The position numbers and the translations under genes are program-made. A stretch of DNA of 64,000 bases from Macrostomum lignano (lineage: Eukaryota): positions 186,001 to 250,000 of the forward strand of contig NIVC01000671.1 in NCBI GenBank assembly GCA_002269645.1, in the 5' to 3' direction. Below the pieces are notes generated by a model. That model ran no database searches, was not told where the DNA came from, and saw only the letters and a list, made by a program, of their open reading frames with translations. Positions 25,790-39,100 of this stretch are shown here, one piece after another (the stretch's first letter is position 1; every line of letters starts with the position of its first letter).

Positions 25790-27126
25790 ACGGCTCTGAC
25801 ATCCTATCATTGCTGACATATTCTATCTGACATCCTATCATTGCTGACAGATTCTATCTGACATCCTATCATTGCTGACAGATTCTATCTGACATCCTAT
25901 CATTGCTGACAGATTCTATCTGACATTCTATCATTGCTGACCGATTCTATCGACATCCTATCAATGCTGACAGATTCTATCTGACATCCTATCATTGCTG
26001 ACAGATTCTATCTGACATCCTATCATTGCTGACAGATTCTATCTGACATTCTATCATTGCTGACCGATTCTATCGACATCCTATCAATGCTGACAGATTC
26101 TATCTGACATTCTATCATTGCTGACAGATTCTATCTGACATCCTATCATTGCTGACAGATTCTATCGACATCCTATCAATGCTGACAGATTCTATCGACA
26201 TCCTATCAATGCTGACAGATTCTATCTGACATCCTATCAATGCTGACAGATTCTATCTGACATCCTATCATTGCTGACAGATTCTATCGACATCCTATCA
26301 ATGCTGACAGATTCTATCTGACATTCTATCATTGCTGACAGATTCTATCTGACATCCTATCATTGCTGACAGATTCTATCGACATCCTATCAATGCTGAC
26401 AGATTCTATCGACATCCTATCAATGCTGACAGATTTTATCTGACATTCTATCAATGCTGACAGATTCTATCTGACATCCTATCATTGCTGACCGATTCTA
26501 TCGACATCCTATCAATGCTGACAGATTCTATCTGACATCCTATCATTGCTGACAGATTCTATCTGACATTCTATCATTGCTGACAGATTCTATCTGACAT
26601 TCTATCATTGCTGACCGATTCTATCTGACATTCTATCAATGCTGACAGATTCTATCTGACATCCTATCATTGCTGACCGATTCTATCGACATCCTATCAA
26701 TGCTGACAGATTCTATCTGACATCCTATCATTGCTGACAGATTCTATCGACATCCTATCAATGCTGACAGATTCTATCTGACATTCTATCATTGCTGACA
26801 GATTCTATCTGACATCCTATCATTGCTGACAGATTCTATCTGACATTCTATCATTGCTGACCGATTCTATCGACATCCTATCATTGCTGACAGATTCTAT
26901 CTGACATCCTATCATTGCTGACAGATTCTATCTGACATCCTATCATTGCTGACAGATTCTATCTGACATCCTATCATTGCTGACAGATTCTATCTGACAT
27001 CCTATCATTGCTGACAGATTCTATCTGACATCCTATCATTGCTGACAGATTCTATCTGACATCCTATCATTGCTGACAGATTCTATCTGACATCCTATCA
27101 TTGCTGACAGATTCTATCTGACATCC
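25790..27126. repeat. 31-bp minisatellite (TCTATCTGACATCCTATCATTGCTGACAGAT)n
   Basis: About 43 copies with 30-bp variants. Confidence 0.95.
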
Positions 27127-27383
27127 TGGTACAACACAGTGAACACCACCAGTCAAAAATTAATTCTTGGATTCGAAACAAAAATTCGATTATAAATTTT
27201 CCAACCCTGGAGTCACACTTGCCACTCAATTGCTCCGAGAGTTAATGCGCAAGTTCATGGAAAACAAAAGTCTAACAATGAGAGACAGGTCACGCACACG
27301 TATAAATAAAGAAGGAGAGAGTCAATAAAATAAAAGTTCTTTTATAGGCATTATCTGTGTTGATCTAAAAAAACCAAACAAGG

Positions 27384-30300
27384 TCATTGGGCTTTCGGTG
27401 GGTCAGGGGGCGTCGAGCTGGACTCGCGTCTCAGCCACGCCTCATAGTCCATCAGGTAGTGCATGAAGAGCTCGGCTGTAAAGTTCCAATTGAAATTTGA
27501 TTTGTTCGGTGATTGTGTTGTTGGATGTACTTTAGAGTAGCGTCTGATGGCGATCCGCAGCCAGCGAGGAGGAAGGCACACGCTCAATCAATCAGTCAAT
27601 CAATCAATTAACCAATCAATCAATCAATCAATCAATCGATCGATCAATCAATCAATCAATCAATCGATCGATCAATCAATCAATCAATTTTTAATTAATC
27701 AATCAATCAATTAACCAATCAATCAATCAATCAATCAATCGATCGATCAATCAATCAATCAATCAATTAATCAATCAATCAATCAATCAATCGATCGATC
27801 GATCAATCAATCAATCAATCAATCAATTAATCAATCAATCAATCAATCAATCGATCGATCAATCAATCAATCAATCAATTAATCAATCAATCAATCAATT
27901 AATCAATCTATCAATCTATATATCTATCAAGCAATCCATCAATTCATCAACCTATCAATTACGCTCGTAATTAATCAATCAATCAATTAATCAATCAGTC
28001 CATTATACATTTTGCGACCAATTATAGAGGTTTAGGGTTGGACGGATTAGCTTAGCGTATCTCCATCCCAATCTACAATGAATTTTTACAATTATATGTT
28101 CGGTCTAAAGAGTATAATTTTATACAGAATTACTAGAAGCGAGTTCAAGCCAATTAAATTGCAAAGAAATTAATAAACAAAGCCAATGTCGCTTTAAAGT
28201 TGTAGTGAATGTCAATGGAGACGCATATACGATCTCTTTCTCTACGAGCTCTCACAACCCACATCGGCTCACCGGAGGTGTGCGCCAGGTAGCCAGCAGG
28301 TGGCAGCTTTCTGGCCAGCTTGCGCACATAGCTCTGCTCAAGCACCACGGCTGGGTGAGTCCGCTCGGGCGCCACTATGGCCGAGCCGAGCTCGTCCAAG
28401 CTGTCCGCCACCGGCTGGCCGCTGAAATCCAAGCCTTGGGCATCGTCTGAAAGAAGAGAATGAGGCAAAGGAACATCATCTGAATGACGTTAAGATGCAA
28501 CCCGTAGGAGTGTTTGTCTTGATTGACTTTCTGCAAGCAATATGCAACATGCTCGTAGACTGTGCTACCATATCCCCATGACAAACCTGCATGTTGCTAA
28601 CCGATTTAACTTGAAAGGAAAACCCTCTCCTACTTGAGGAGAGTAGCTAGACGTTTCACGTTCAAAATAGGAGGTAAAAAAGTGTACTTAGGCATCACTT
28701 CTAACCTCGATGCGAGCTTTCTGGGTGGGAACGCGGTTTGGAGTGGGATTGGCCATAGACAAAACTCGATATGGAAGAAGTGCAATTTGTTCCCCTGGCC
28801 TATATACCAAGTTGATGTGTCCTAAAGTTGGGACTGACATCGGGGGGGGGGGTTTAACACAGACTATATTGCATTTTCACAGCCAATTGGGCCTAGGAGC
28901 GAGTAATTTTATCCTTAGCGGGAGAATCGAGCTGTTGAAGAATTGATTTTCATAGTCTATGGCCCAAGCTTAATCCTTAGCGGGAGAATCGAGCTGTTGA
29001 AGAATTTCTTTTCATTGTCTATGGCCCAAGCCTAATTCTTAGCGGGAGAATCGAGCTGTTAAAGAATTTCTTTTTATTGTCTATGGCCCAAACCTAATCC
29101 TTAGCGGGAGAATCGAGCTGTTGAAGAATTGCTTTTCATAGTCTATGGCCCAAGCTTAATCCTTAGCGGGAGAATCGAGCTGTTGAAGAATTGCTTTTCA
29201 TAGTCTATGGCCCAAGCTTAATCCTTAGCGGGAGAATCGAGCTGTTGAAGAATTGCTTTTCATAGTCTATGGCCCAAGCTTAATCTTTAGCGGAAGAATC
29301 GAGCTGTTGAAGAATTGCTTTTCATTGTCTATGGCCCAAAGGGGGGGGGGTCAGTGGTGCAAGCAACTTGAGAATTTGGGCCGCGCAATTAATCCTTTCC
29401 ACAGTATATCTTTCTTGTATTTGCTGAAGCAGCGTCTGCAAATGGTTGACATGCCAACATACAATTGGCATTGACACTTTGATTTCAGTTGAAACAAATC
29501 AAAACGGACAAAGGCAAAAGCAGGGATGAGACAAGGATTACAGATTATACAACTACAGGGAGAATAAAATGCGAACAGCCTTCTAATGCCTAAAAAATGT
29601 TTCCCATCGTAAAGTTCAGCAGATCAGGAGACGGTTAGTACGCAAATGCATTGTTTGCTTGCGTCGACTGTATCTGATGGGGGGGGGTTCTGAGCTGCTG
29701 AAGGGATGCATGCTCGTACTTTGGCATTTATCATGGGTGCCAATTTTGTGGCAACATCAGACCCAGCCAGGCCGACACACCACGGACAGGCAACAAAGCA
29801 ACTCACACAGCAGAGCCCGCAGCGCCGGCCGCAGCTGAAACCAGCAGTTGGTGAGGAACAGCACGATAACCCGACGGCCCAGCCATTCGGCGAACATCAC
29901 GCAGTGATAGAACACCGCCGATCTCGCGCTGTGCTCGGTGAGCAGCACCAGCACGTGACCGCAGGCGGCCATGGCGGGCCCGTTCTTGCGCAGAAAGTCG
30001 TCCCTGGACTCGCCGAGCTCTTCAACGTGGCTAACGCGAACTCGGCGACGCTCCAGCGCGAGTTTCAACACGTCCCGAGTTTTGGCGTCCCGGCGCGGAT
30101 CGCAGACGAGGAACACGCAGCCGGGGCGCGGCTTCGTCAGGCGGCACCGGCCGCTCCAGCTGTCACGCTGCTCAGCCTGCAGGCGGTTCAGAATCTCTCT
30201 TGTCAGCTTCTTCCTAGACAGCTGCACGTCCACCCGAAGGGAGCCGGCCAGGTCAGCGTCCGTCAGGCTGTAGGCCAGGAAGCCGTCCACTCCCTGCTCG

Positions 30301-31102
30301 GCAAACTGCTGCCTGTAGAACTCGCGAATGTCCAGACTGTGCAGCCACTCCTGCAGATCGTTGACAGTCCAGGCCAGGAAGCGCTTGCTGGCGAACTGTC
30401 CGGTGTAGCCCGGTGCCAGCAGCGGCTCCGGCAGCAGCGGCCGGAAGTCGGTGGCGAATCGCTCCAGCTGGGGCGCCAGTCTGGCTGAGCACTGGGCAAT
30501 CAGCTCAGACTCGGCCGCTCCGCGGCGACGCGATTCGGCAATGTCGACCAGCGACGCCGCTGACGCATCGCCGTCGCCGCGCCGTATCGCCTCGGCCAGG
30601 ATTGGGGGACACTGGCGCTCGAGGCCGCTTTGACCTTGGGCGTCGAGCAGTACGGCGAACAGATGCAGCGAGGCACGATTGTCGTGCAGCCGCTCCGCCA
30701 GGGTGCGCATGGTGTGCAGCGCCAGCCGGCTGGAGAAGAAGGACTCGGACAGGAACAGCACAGCGGCGAAGCACTTCTCGGCCGCCTCCAGGCTGCAGGC
30801 CACCCAGGCGCTGCTCTCGAAGAGGCCTTCGTCTTTGTCGAACCAGACGCTGTCAGCCAGGCCAACGGCCTTGAGCTCCTTCACCAGGCGGGCGATGAAG
30901 CGCTTTTCTAGGAAACCAGCCTCCGGGCTGTACGCTACAAATATGCTGGCCTTCTCGCGGCTGTTGCCAGTCGAGTCGGCGGTCACTTCAGGCGCCGCCG
31001 CCTCAGCCGAAGTTGACGCCGCTGCATCGTCTTCTGTCAGCTCCGCCGGCTGACTGCCGATTCCGTCGTGGCTCTCAGAGGCCGCCAGCTTGCCGTAGCG
31101 AT
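27384..31102 (-). CDS. TIR-SAM-TIR protein, 5'-incomplete, at least 519 aa
   Basis: complement join(29807..31102,28273..28446,27384..27475), all phase 1. TIR1: SIFVAYS...VWFDKD...FAAVLFLSESFFSS. SAM: WTVNDLQEWLHSLDIREFYRQQFAEQGVDGFLAYSLTDADL. TIR2: VFLVCD...HVLVLLTEHSARS...GRRVIVLFL...RALLY|DAQGLDF. The first exon seen starts in phase 1 without an ATG. Confidence 0.85.
27585..27995. repeat. (ATCA)n microsatellite with GATC and ATTA variants
   Basis: Directly visible. Confidence 0.9.
28908..29340. repeat. 62-bp tandem repeat, about 7 copies (TTAGCGGGAGAATCGAGCTGTTGAAGAATT...GTCTATGGCCCAAGCTTAATCC)
   Basis: TTAGCG recurs at 29101, 29163 and 29225. Confidence 0.92.
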
Positions 31103-31399
31103 CTGGTAGAACGGGGCGTTGGGGAAAACAGAAAATATTGGGGGGAGAAAAACACAGACTGAAGCGCAGGGGGCCGTCCGCTTGAGCGGAGGCGGGAATG
31201 GAGATTTAATAATGGCTTTTTTGGCCGCCTTTATTCAATTATTCAAAAAGCAAAGGCTGGGCATGTATGATTAGAGAGAGAGTCGGAGGGCCTGCGATGC
31301 GGGCGGGTGCCTATAGTTGCACCGTTCGCTTCTCCGTCCTGGGATGTTTTTTATCGTTTCTCTGCCTCCCCTGTGTCTGCCTTTCTCCTCTCTATCTAT

Positions 31400-32528
31400 A
31401 TTCAGCCAGGAAAGACAGGATAGACAGTATAGACAGGATAGACAGGATAGACAGGATAGACAGGATTCAGCCAGGATAGACAGGATAGACAGGATAGACA
31501 GGATAGATAGGATAGACAGGATAGACAGGATAGACAGGATAGACAGGATAGACAGGATAGACAGGATAGACAGGATAGACAGGATAGACAGGATAGACAG
31601 GATAGACAGGATAGACAGGATAGACAGGATAGACAGGATAGATAGGATAGACAGGATAGATAGGATAGACAGGATAGACAGGATAGACAGGATAGATAGG
31701 ATAGACAGGATAGACAGGATAGACAGGATAGACAGGTTAGATAGGATAGACAGGATACTAGACAGGATAGACAGGATAGATAGGATAGACAGGATAGACA
31801 GGATAGATAGGATAGACAGGATAGACAGGATAGACAGGATAGACAGGATAGACAGGATAGACAGGATAGACAGGATAGACAGGATAGACAGGATAGACAG
31901 GATAGACAGGATAGACAGGATAGACAGGATAGATAGGATAGACAGGATAGATAGGATAGACAGGATAGACAGGATAGACAGGATAGACAGGATAGACAGG
32001 ATAGATAGGATAGACAGGATAGACAGGATAGACAGGATAGACAGGATAGACAGGATAGACAGGATAGACAGGATAGACAGGATAGACAGGATAGATAGGA
32101 TAGACAGGATAGATAGGATAGACAGGATAGACAGGATAGACAGGATAGATAGGATAGACAGGATAGACAGGATAGACAGGATAGACAGGATAGATAGGAT
32201 AGACAGGATACTAGACAGGATAGACAGGATAGATAGGATAGACAGGATAGACAGGATAGATAGGATAGACAGGATAGACAGGATAGACAGGATAGATAGG
32301 ATAGACAGGATAGACAGGATAGACAGGATAGACAGGATAGATAGGATAGACAGGATACTAGACAGGATAGACAGGATAGATAGGATAGACAGGATAGACA
32401 GGATAGATAGGATAGACAGGATAGACAGGATAGACAGGATAGACAGGATAGACAGGATAGACAGGATAGACAGGATAGACAGGATAGACAGGATAGACAG
32501 GATAGACAGGATAGACAGGATAGACAGG
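31400..32528. repeat. 9-bp satellite (GACAGGATA)n
   Basis: About 1.1 kb with GATAGGATA variants. Confidence 0.97.
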
Positions 32529-32760
32529 AATGACAAAATAGATTCATAAAGCAAAAAGCCGAGCCGTGCCATTTCAATTAATGGTTTTTAGGCACATGAC
32601 ATGTTTAATTGTACATATCGAAACATGAACATTGGGTCGGCCTTCTATCAAAAGTAATAACAATTTTAAAAATATGAAAAAAAGTGAAAAGTTCCTATCT
32701 ACGTAGTGTATTTTGTCGGCGAAAACCAGCCTTCCTTAACATTTTCTAAGAAATATAGTT
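32528..32760. repeat. Dispersed repeat, copy 2, diverged homologue of 24940-25240
   Basis: Shares colinear blocks with copy 1. Confidence 0.6.
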
Positions 32761-33194
32761 TCTCGTCCTTCTACTTTGGTAGTCCTTAGATCAGGCATGT
32801 ATAAAATAAGAATTTAATACAGCCAACTTCGAATATTTATAGATCGTTTTGTACTTGTAATTGAAGAAACAGGCTGTACGTTTGAAAACTGATCATTGAT
32901 CAAGGACTACTTAAGAAGACTTCAGTGGTCCTTGACAGTGTTTTTCTCGGAAACAAGACTCTCTGTCTCTTTATGAAATTGATCTGCTCAAGCTCATGTG
33001 CGTGCTTCTGTAGCAGTCTCCGCCATAGCTTAGCTTTGACAGTTAAACCAAGGCTTACAGATTCCAAACCCCTCAGATTTTATAATTGGGTTCGTTCTCC
33101 TATCAGTTTTTCTTGGCATTCCAGTTTTTATCCTGCAGACTGCGTGATCCGTGATCATTCGCTTGACTGTATCACGCTTGCAGGCAATATAAAG

Positions 33195-36100
33195 ACTCAC
33201 AGATCATGTTCTCTTTCAGTATGCAGAGCAGCCTAGAGACTCACAGATCATGTTCTCTTTCAGTATACAGAGAGCAGCCTAGAGACTCACAGATCATGTT
33301 CTCTTTCAGTATACAGAGAGCAGCCTAGAGACTCACAGATCATGTTCTCTTTCAGTATGCAGAGCAGCCTAGAGACTCACAGATCATGTTCTCTTTCAGT
33401 ATACAGAGAGCAGCCTAGAGACTCACAGATCATTTTCTCTTTCAGTATACAGAGTAGCCTAGAGACTCACAGATCATGTTCTCTTTCAGTATACAGAGCA
33501 GCCTAGAGACTCACAGATCATGTTCTCTTTCAGTATGCAGAGCAGCCTAGAGACTCACAGATCATGTTCTCTTTCAGTATACAGAGAGCAGCCTAGAGAC
33601 TCACAGATCATGTTCTCTTTCAGTATACAGAGCAGCCTAGAGACTCACAGATCATGTTCTCTTTCAGTATGTAGAGCAGCCTAGAGACTCACAGATCATG
33701 TTCTCTTTCAGTATACAGAGCAGCCTAGAGACTCACAGATCATGTTCTCTTTCAGTATACAGAGCAGCCTAGAGACTCACAGATCATGTTCTCTTTCAGT
33801 ATGTAGAGCAGCCTAGAGACTCACAGATCATGTTCTCTTTCAGTATACAGAGTAGCCTAGAGACTCACAGATCATGTTCTCTTTCAGTATGCAGAGAGCA
33901 GCCTAGAGACTCACAGATCATGTTCTCTTTCAGTATACAGAGTAGCCTAGAGACTCACAGATCATGTTCTCTTTCAGTATACAGAGCAGCCTAGAGACTC
34001 ACAGATCATGTTCTCTTTCAGTATACAGAGCAGCCTAGAGACTCACAGATCATGTTCTCTTTCAGTATACAGAGCAGCCTAGAGACTCACAGATCATGTT
34101 CTCTTTCAGTATGTAGAGCAGCCTAGAGACTCACAGATCATGTTCTCTTTCAGTATACAGAGTAGCCTAGAGACTCACAGATCATGTTCTCTTTCAGTAT
34201 GCAGAGAGCAGCCTAGAGACTCACAGATCATGTTCTCTTTCAGTATACAGAGTAGCCTAGAGACTCACAGATCATGTTCTCTTTCAGTATACAGAGCAGC
34301 CTAGAGACTCACAGATCATGTTCTCTTTCAGTATACAGAGCAGCCTAGAGACTCACAGATCATGTTCTCTTTCAGTATGTAGAGCAGCCTAGAGACTCAC
34401 AGATCATGTTCTCTTTCAGTATACAGAGTAGCCTAGAGACTCACAGATCATGTTCTCTTTCAGTTTGCAGAGCAGCCTAGAGACTCACAGATCATGTTCT
34501 CTTTCAGTATACAGAGCAGCCTAGAGACTCACAGATCATGTTCTCTTTCAGTATGCAGAGAGCAGCCTAGAGACTCACAGATCATGTTCTCTTTCAGTAT
34601 ACAGAGTAGCCTAGAGACTCACAGATCATGTTCTCTTTCAGTATACAGAGCAGCCTAGAGACTCACAGATCATGTTCTCTTTCAGTATACAGAGAGCAGC
34701 CTAGAGACTCACAGATCATGTTCTCTTTCAGTATACAGAGCAGCCTAGAGACTCACAGATCATGTTCTCTTTCAGTATGTAGAGCAGCCTAGAGACTCAC
34801 AGATCATGTTCTCTTTCAGTATACAGAGCAGCCTAGAGACTCACAGATCATGTTCTCTTTCAGTATACAGAGCAGCCTAGAGACTCACAGATCATGTTCT
34901 CTTTCAGTATACAGAGCAGCCTAGAGACTCACAGATCATGTTCTCTTTCAGTATACAGAGCAGCCTAGAGACTCACAGATCATGTTCTCTTTCAGTATAC
35001 AGAGCAGCCTAGAGACTCACAGATCATGTTCTCTTTCAGTATACAGAGCAGCCTAGAGACTCACAGATCATGTTCTCTTTCAGTATGTAGAGCAGCCTAG
35101 AGACTCACAGATCATGTTCTCTTTCAGTATACAGAGTAGCCTAGAGACTCACAGATCATGTTCTCTTTCAGTATACAGAGCAGCCTAGAGACTCACAGAT
35201 CATGTTCTCTTTCAGTATACAGAGCAGCCTAGAGACTCACAGATCATGTTCTCTTTCAGTATACAGAGCAGCCTAGAGACTCACAGATCATGTTCTCTTT
35301 CAGTATACAGAGCAGCCTAGAGACTCACAGATCATGTTCTCTTTCAGCATACAGAGCAGCCTAGAGACTCACAGATCATGTTCTCTTTCAGTATGTAGAG
35401 CAGCCTAGAGACTCACAGATCATGTTCTCTTTCAGTATACAGAGCAGCCTAGAGACTCACAGATCATGTTCTCTTTCAGTATACAGAGCAGCCTAGAGAC
35501 TCACAGATCATGTTCTCTTTCAGTATACAGAGCAGCCTAGAGACTCACAGATCATGTTCTCTTTCAGTATACAGAGCAGCCTAGAGACTCACAGATCATG
35601 TTCTCTTTCAGTATACAGAGCAGCCTAGAGACTCACAGATCATGTTCTCTTTCAGTATACAGAGCAGCCTAGAGACTCACAGATCATGTTCTCTTTCAGT
35701 ATGTAGAGCAGCCTAGAGACTCACAGATCATGTTCTCTTTCAGTATACAGAGTAGCCTAGAGACTCACAGATCATGTTCTCTTTCAGTATACAGAGCAGC
35801 CTAGAGACTCACAGATCATGTTCTCTTTCAGTATACAGAGCAGCCTAGAGACTCACAGATCATGTTCTCTTTCAGTATACAGAGCAGCCTAGAGACTCAC
35901 AGATCATGTTCTCTTTCAGTATACAGAGCAGCCTAGAGACTCACAGATCATGTTCTCTTTCAGTATACAGAGCAGCCTAGAGACTCACAGATCATGTTCT
36001 CTTTCAGTATACAGAGCAGCCTAGAGACTCACAGATCATGTTCTCTTTCAGTATACAGAGCAGCCTAGAGACTCACAGATCATGTTCTCTTTCAGTATGT

Positions 36101-39100
36101 AGAGCAGCCTAGAGACTCACAGATCATGTTCTCTTTCAGTATACAGAGTAGCCTAGAGACTCACAGATCATGTTCTCTTTCAGTATGCAGAGAGCAGCCT
36201 AGAGACTCACAGATCATGTTCTCTTTCAGTATACAGAGTAGCCTAGAGACTCACAGATCATGTTCTCTTTCAGTATACAGAGCAGCCTAGAGACTCACAG
36301 ATCATGTTCTCTTTCAGTATACAGAGCAGCCTAGAGACTCACAGATCATGTTCTCTTTCAGTATGTAGAGCAGCCTAGAGACTCACAGATCATGTTCTCT
36401 TTCAGTATACAGAGTAGCCTAGAGACTCACAGATCATGTTCTCTTTCAGTTTGCAGAGCAGCCTAGAGACTCACAGATCATGTTCTCTTTCAGTATACAG
36501 AGCAGCCTAGAGACTCACAGATCATGTTCTCTTTCAGTATGCAGAGAGCAGCCTAGAGACTCACAGATCATGTTCTCTTTCAGTATACAGAGTAGCCTAG
36601 AGACTCACAGATCATGTTCTCTTTCAGTATACAGAGCAGCCTAGAGACTCACAGATCATGTTCTCTTTCAGTATACAGAGAGCAGCCTAGAGACTCACAG
36701 ATCATGTTCTCTTTCAGTATACAGAGCAGCCTAGAGACTCACAGATCATGTTCTCTTTCAGTATGTAGAGCAGCCTAGAGACTCACAGATCATGTTCTCT
36801 TTCAGTATACAGAGCAGCCTAGAGACTCACAGATCATGTTCTCTTTCAGTATACAGAGCAGCCTAGAGACTCACAGATCATGTTCTCTTTCAGTATACAG
36901 AGCAGCCTAGAGACTCACAGATCATGTTCTCTTTCAGTATACAGAGCAGCCTAGAGACTCACAGATCATGTTCTCTTTCAGTATACAGAGCAGCCTAGAG
37001 ACTCACAGATCATGTTCTCTTTCAGTATGTAGAGCAGCCTAGAGACTCACAGATCATGTTCTCTTTCAGTATACAGAGCAGCCTAGAGACTCACAGATCA
37101 TGTTCTCTTTCAGTATACAGAGTAGCCTAGAGACTCACAGATCATGTTCTCTTTCAGTATACAGAGCAGCCTAGAGACTCACAGATCATGTTCTCTTTCA
37201 GTATACAGAGCAGCCTAGAGACTCACAGATCATGTTCTCTTTCAGTATACAGAGCAGCCTAGAGACTCACAGATCATGTTCTCTTTCAGTATACAGAGCA
37301 GCCTAGAGACTCACAGATCATGTTCTCTTTCAGCATACAGAGCAGCCTAGAGACTCACAGATCATGTTCTCTTTCAGTATGTAGAGCAGCCTAGAGACTC
37401 ACAGATCATGTTCTCTTTCAGTATACAGAGCAGCCTAGAGACTCACAGATCATGTTCTCTTTCAGTATACAGAGCAGCCTAGAGACTCACAGATCATGTT
37501 CTCTTTCAGTATGTAGAGCAGCCTAGAGACTCACAGATCATGTTCTCTTTCAGTATACAGAGTAGCCTAGAGACTCACAGATCATGTTCTCTTTCAGTAT
37601 GCAGAGAGCAGCCTAGAGACTCACAGATCATGTTCTCTTTCAGTATACAGAGTAGCCTAGAGACTCACAGATCATGTTCTCTTTCAGTATACAGAGCAGC
37701 CTAGAGACTCACAGATCATGTTCTCTTTCAGTATACAGAGCAGCCTAGAGACTCACAGATCATGTTCTCTTTCAGTATGTAGAGCAGCCTAGAGACTCAC
37801 AGATCATGTTCTCTTTCAGTATACAGAGTAGCCTAGAGACTCACAGATCATGTTCTCTTTCAGTTTGCAGAGCAGCCTAGAGACTCACAGATCATGTTCT
37901 CTTTCAGTATACAGAGCAGCCTAGAGACTCACAGATCATGTTCTCTTTCAGTATGCAGAGAGCAGCCTAGAGACTCACAGATCATGTTCTCTTTCAGTAT
38001 ACAGAGTAGCCTAGAGACTCACAGATCATGTTCTCTTTCAGTATACAGAGCAGCCTAGAGACTCACAGATCATGTTCTCTTTCAGTATACAGAGAGCAGC
38101 CTAGAGACTCACAGATCATGTTCTCTTTCAGTATACAGAGCAGCCTAGAGACTCACAGATCATGTTCTCTTTCAGTATGTAGAGCAGCCTAGAGACTCAC
38201 AGATCATGTTCTCTTTCAGTATACAGAGCAGCCTAGAGACTCACAGATCATGTTCTCTTTCAGTATACAGAGCAGCCTAGAGACTCACAGATCATGTTCT
38301 CTTTCAGTATACAGAGCAGCCTAGAGACTCACAGATCATGTTCTCTTTCAGTATACAGAGCAGCCTAGAGACTCACAGATCATGTTCTCTTTCAGTATAC
38401 AGAGCAGCCTAGAGACTCACAGATCATGTTCTCTTTCAGTATGTAGAGCAGCCTAGAGACTCACAGATCATGTTCTCTTTCAGTATACAGAGCAGCCTAG
38501 AGACTCACAGATCATGTTCTCTTTCAGTATACAGAGTAGCCTAGAGACTCACAGATCATGTTCTCTTTCAGTATACAGAGCAGCCTAGAGACTCACAGAT
38601 CATGTTCTCTTTCAGTATACAGAGCAGCCTAGAGACTCACAGATCATGTTCTCTTTCAGTATACAGAGCAGCCTAGAGACTCACAGATCATGTTCTCTTT
38701 CAGTATACAGAGCAGCCTAGAGACTCACAGATCATGTTCTCTTTCAGCATACAGAGCAGCCTAGAGACTCACAGATCATGTTCTCTTTCAGTATGTAGAG
38801 CAGCCTAGAGACTCACAGATCATGTTCTCTTTCAGTATACAGAGCAGCCTAGAGACTCACAGATCATGTTCTCTTTCAGTATACAGAGCAGCCTAGAGAC
38901 TCACAGATCATGTTCTCTTTCAGTATACAGAGTAGCCTAGAGACTCACAGATCATGTTCTCTTTCAGTATACAGAGCAGCCTAGAGACTCACAGATCATG
39001 TTCTCTTTCAGTATACAGAGCAGCCTAGAGACTCACAGATCATGTTCTCTTTCAGTATACAGAGCAGCCTAGAGACTCACAGATCATGTTCTCTTTCAGT

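Noticed and set aside
29706-31053. Overlapping plus-strand ORFs opposite the TIR-SAM-TIR exon
   Set aside because: Shadow ORFs of a GC-rich coding exon with no recognisable motifs; the same applies to shadow ORFs over the lectin gene and the 793-aa ORF.
31271-32577. SIL, DRI and CLS repeat ORFs
   Set aside because: Read-through of the 9-bp array.
32890-33135. Possible coding fragment on the minus strand (KLWRRLLQKHAHELEQINFIKRQRVLF)
   Set aside because: In-frame stop upstream, no ATG in that frame and no recognisable family; could be UTR or a decayed element.
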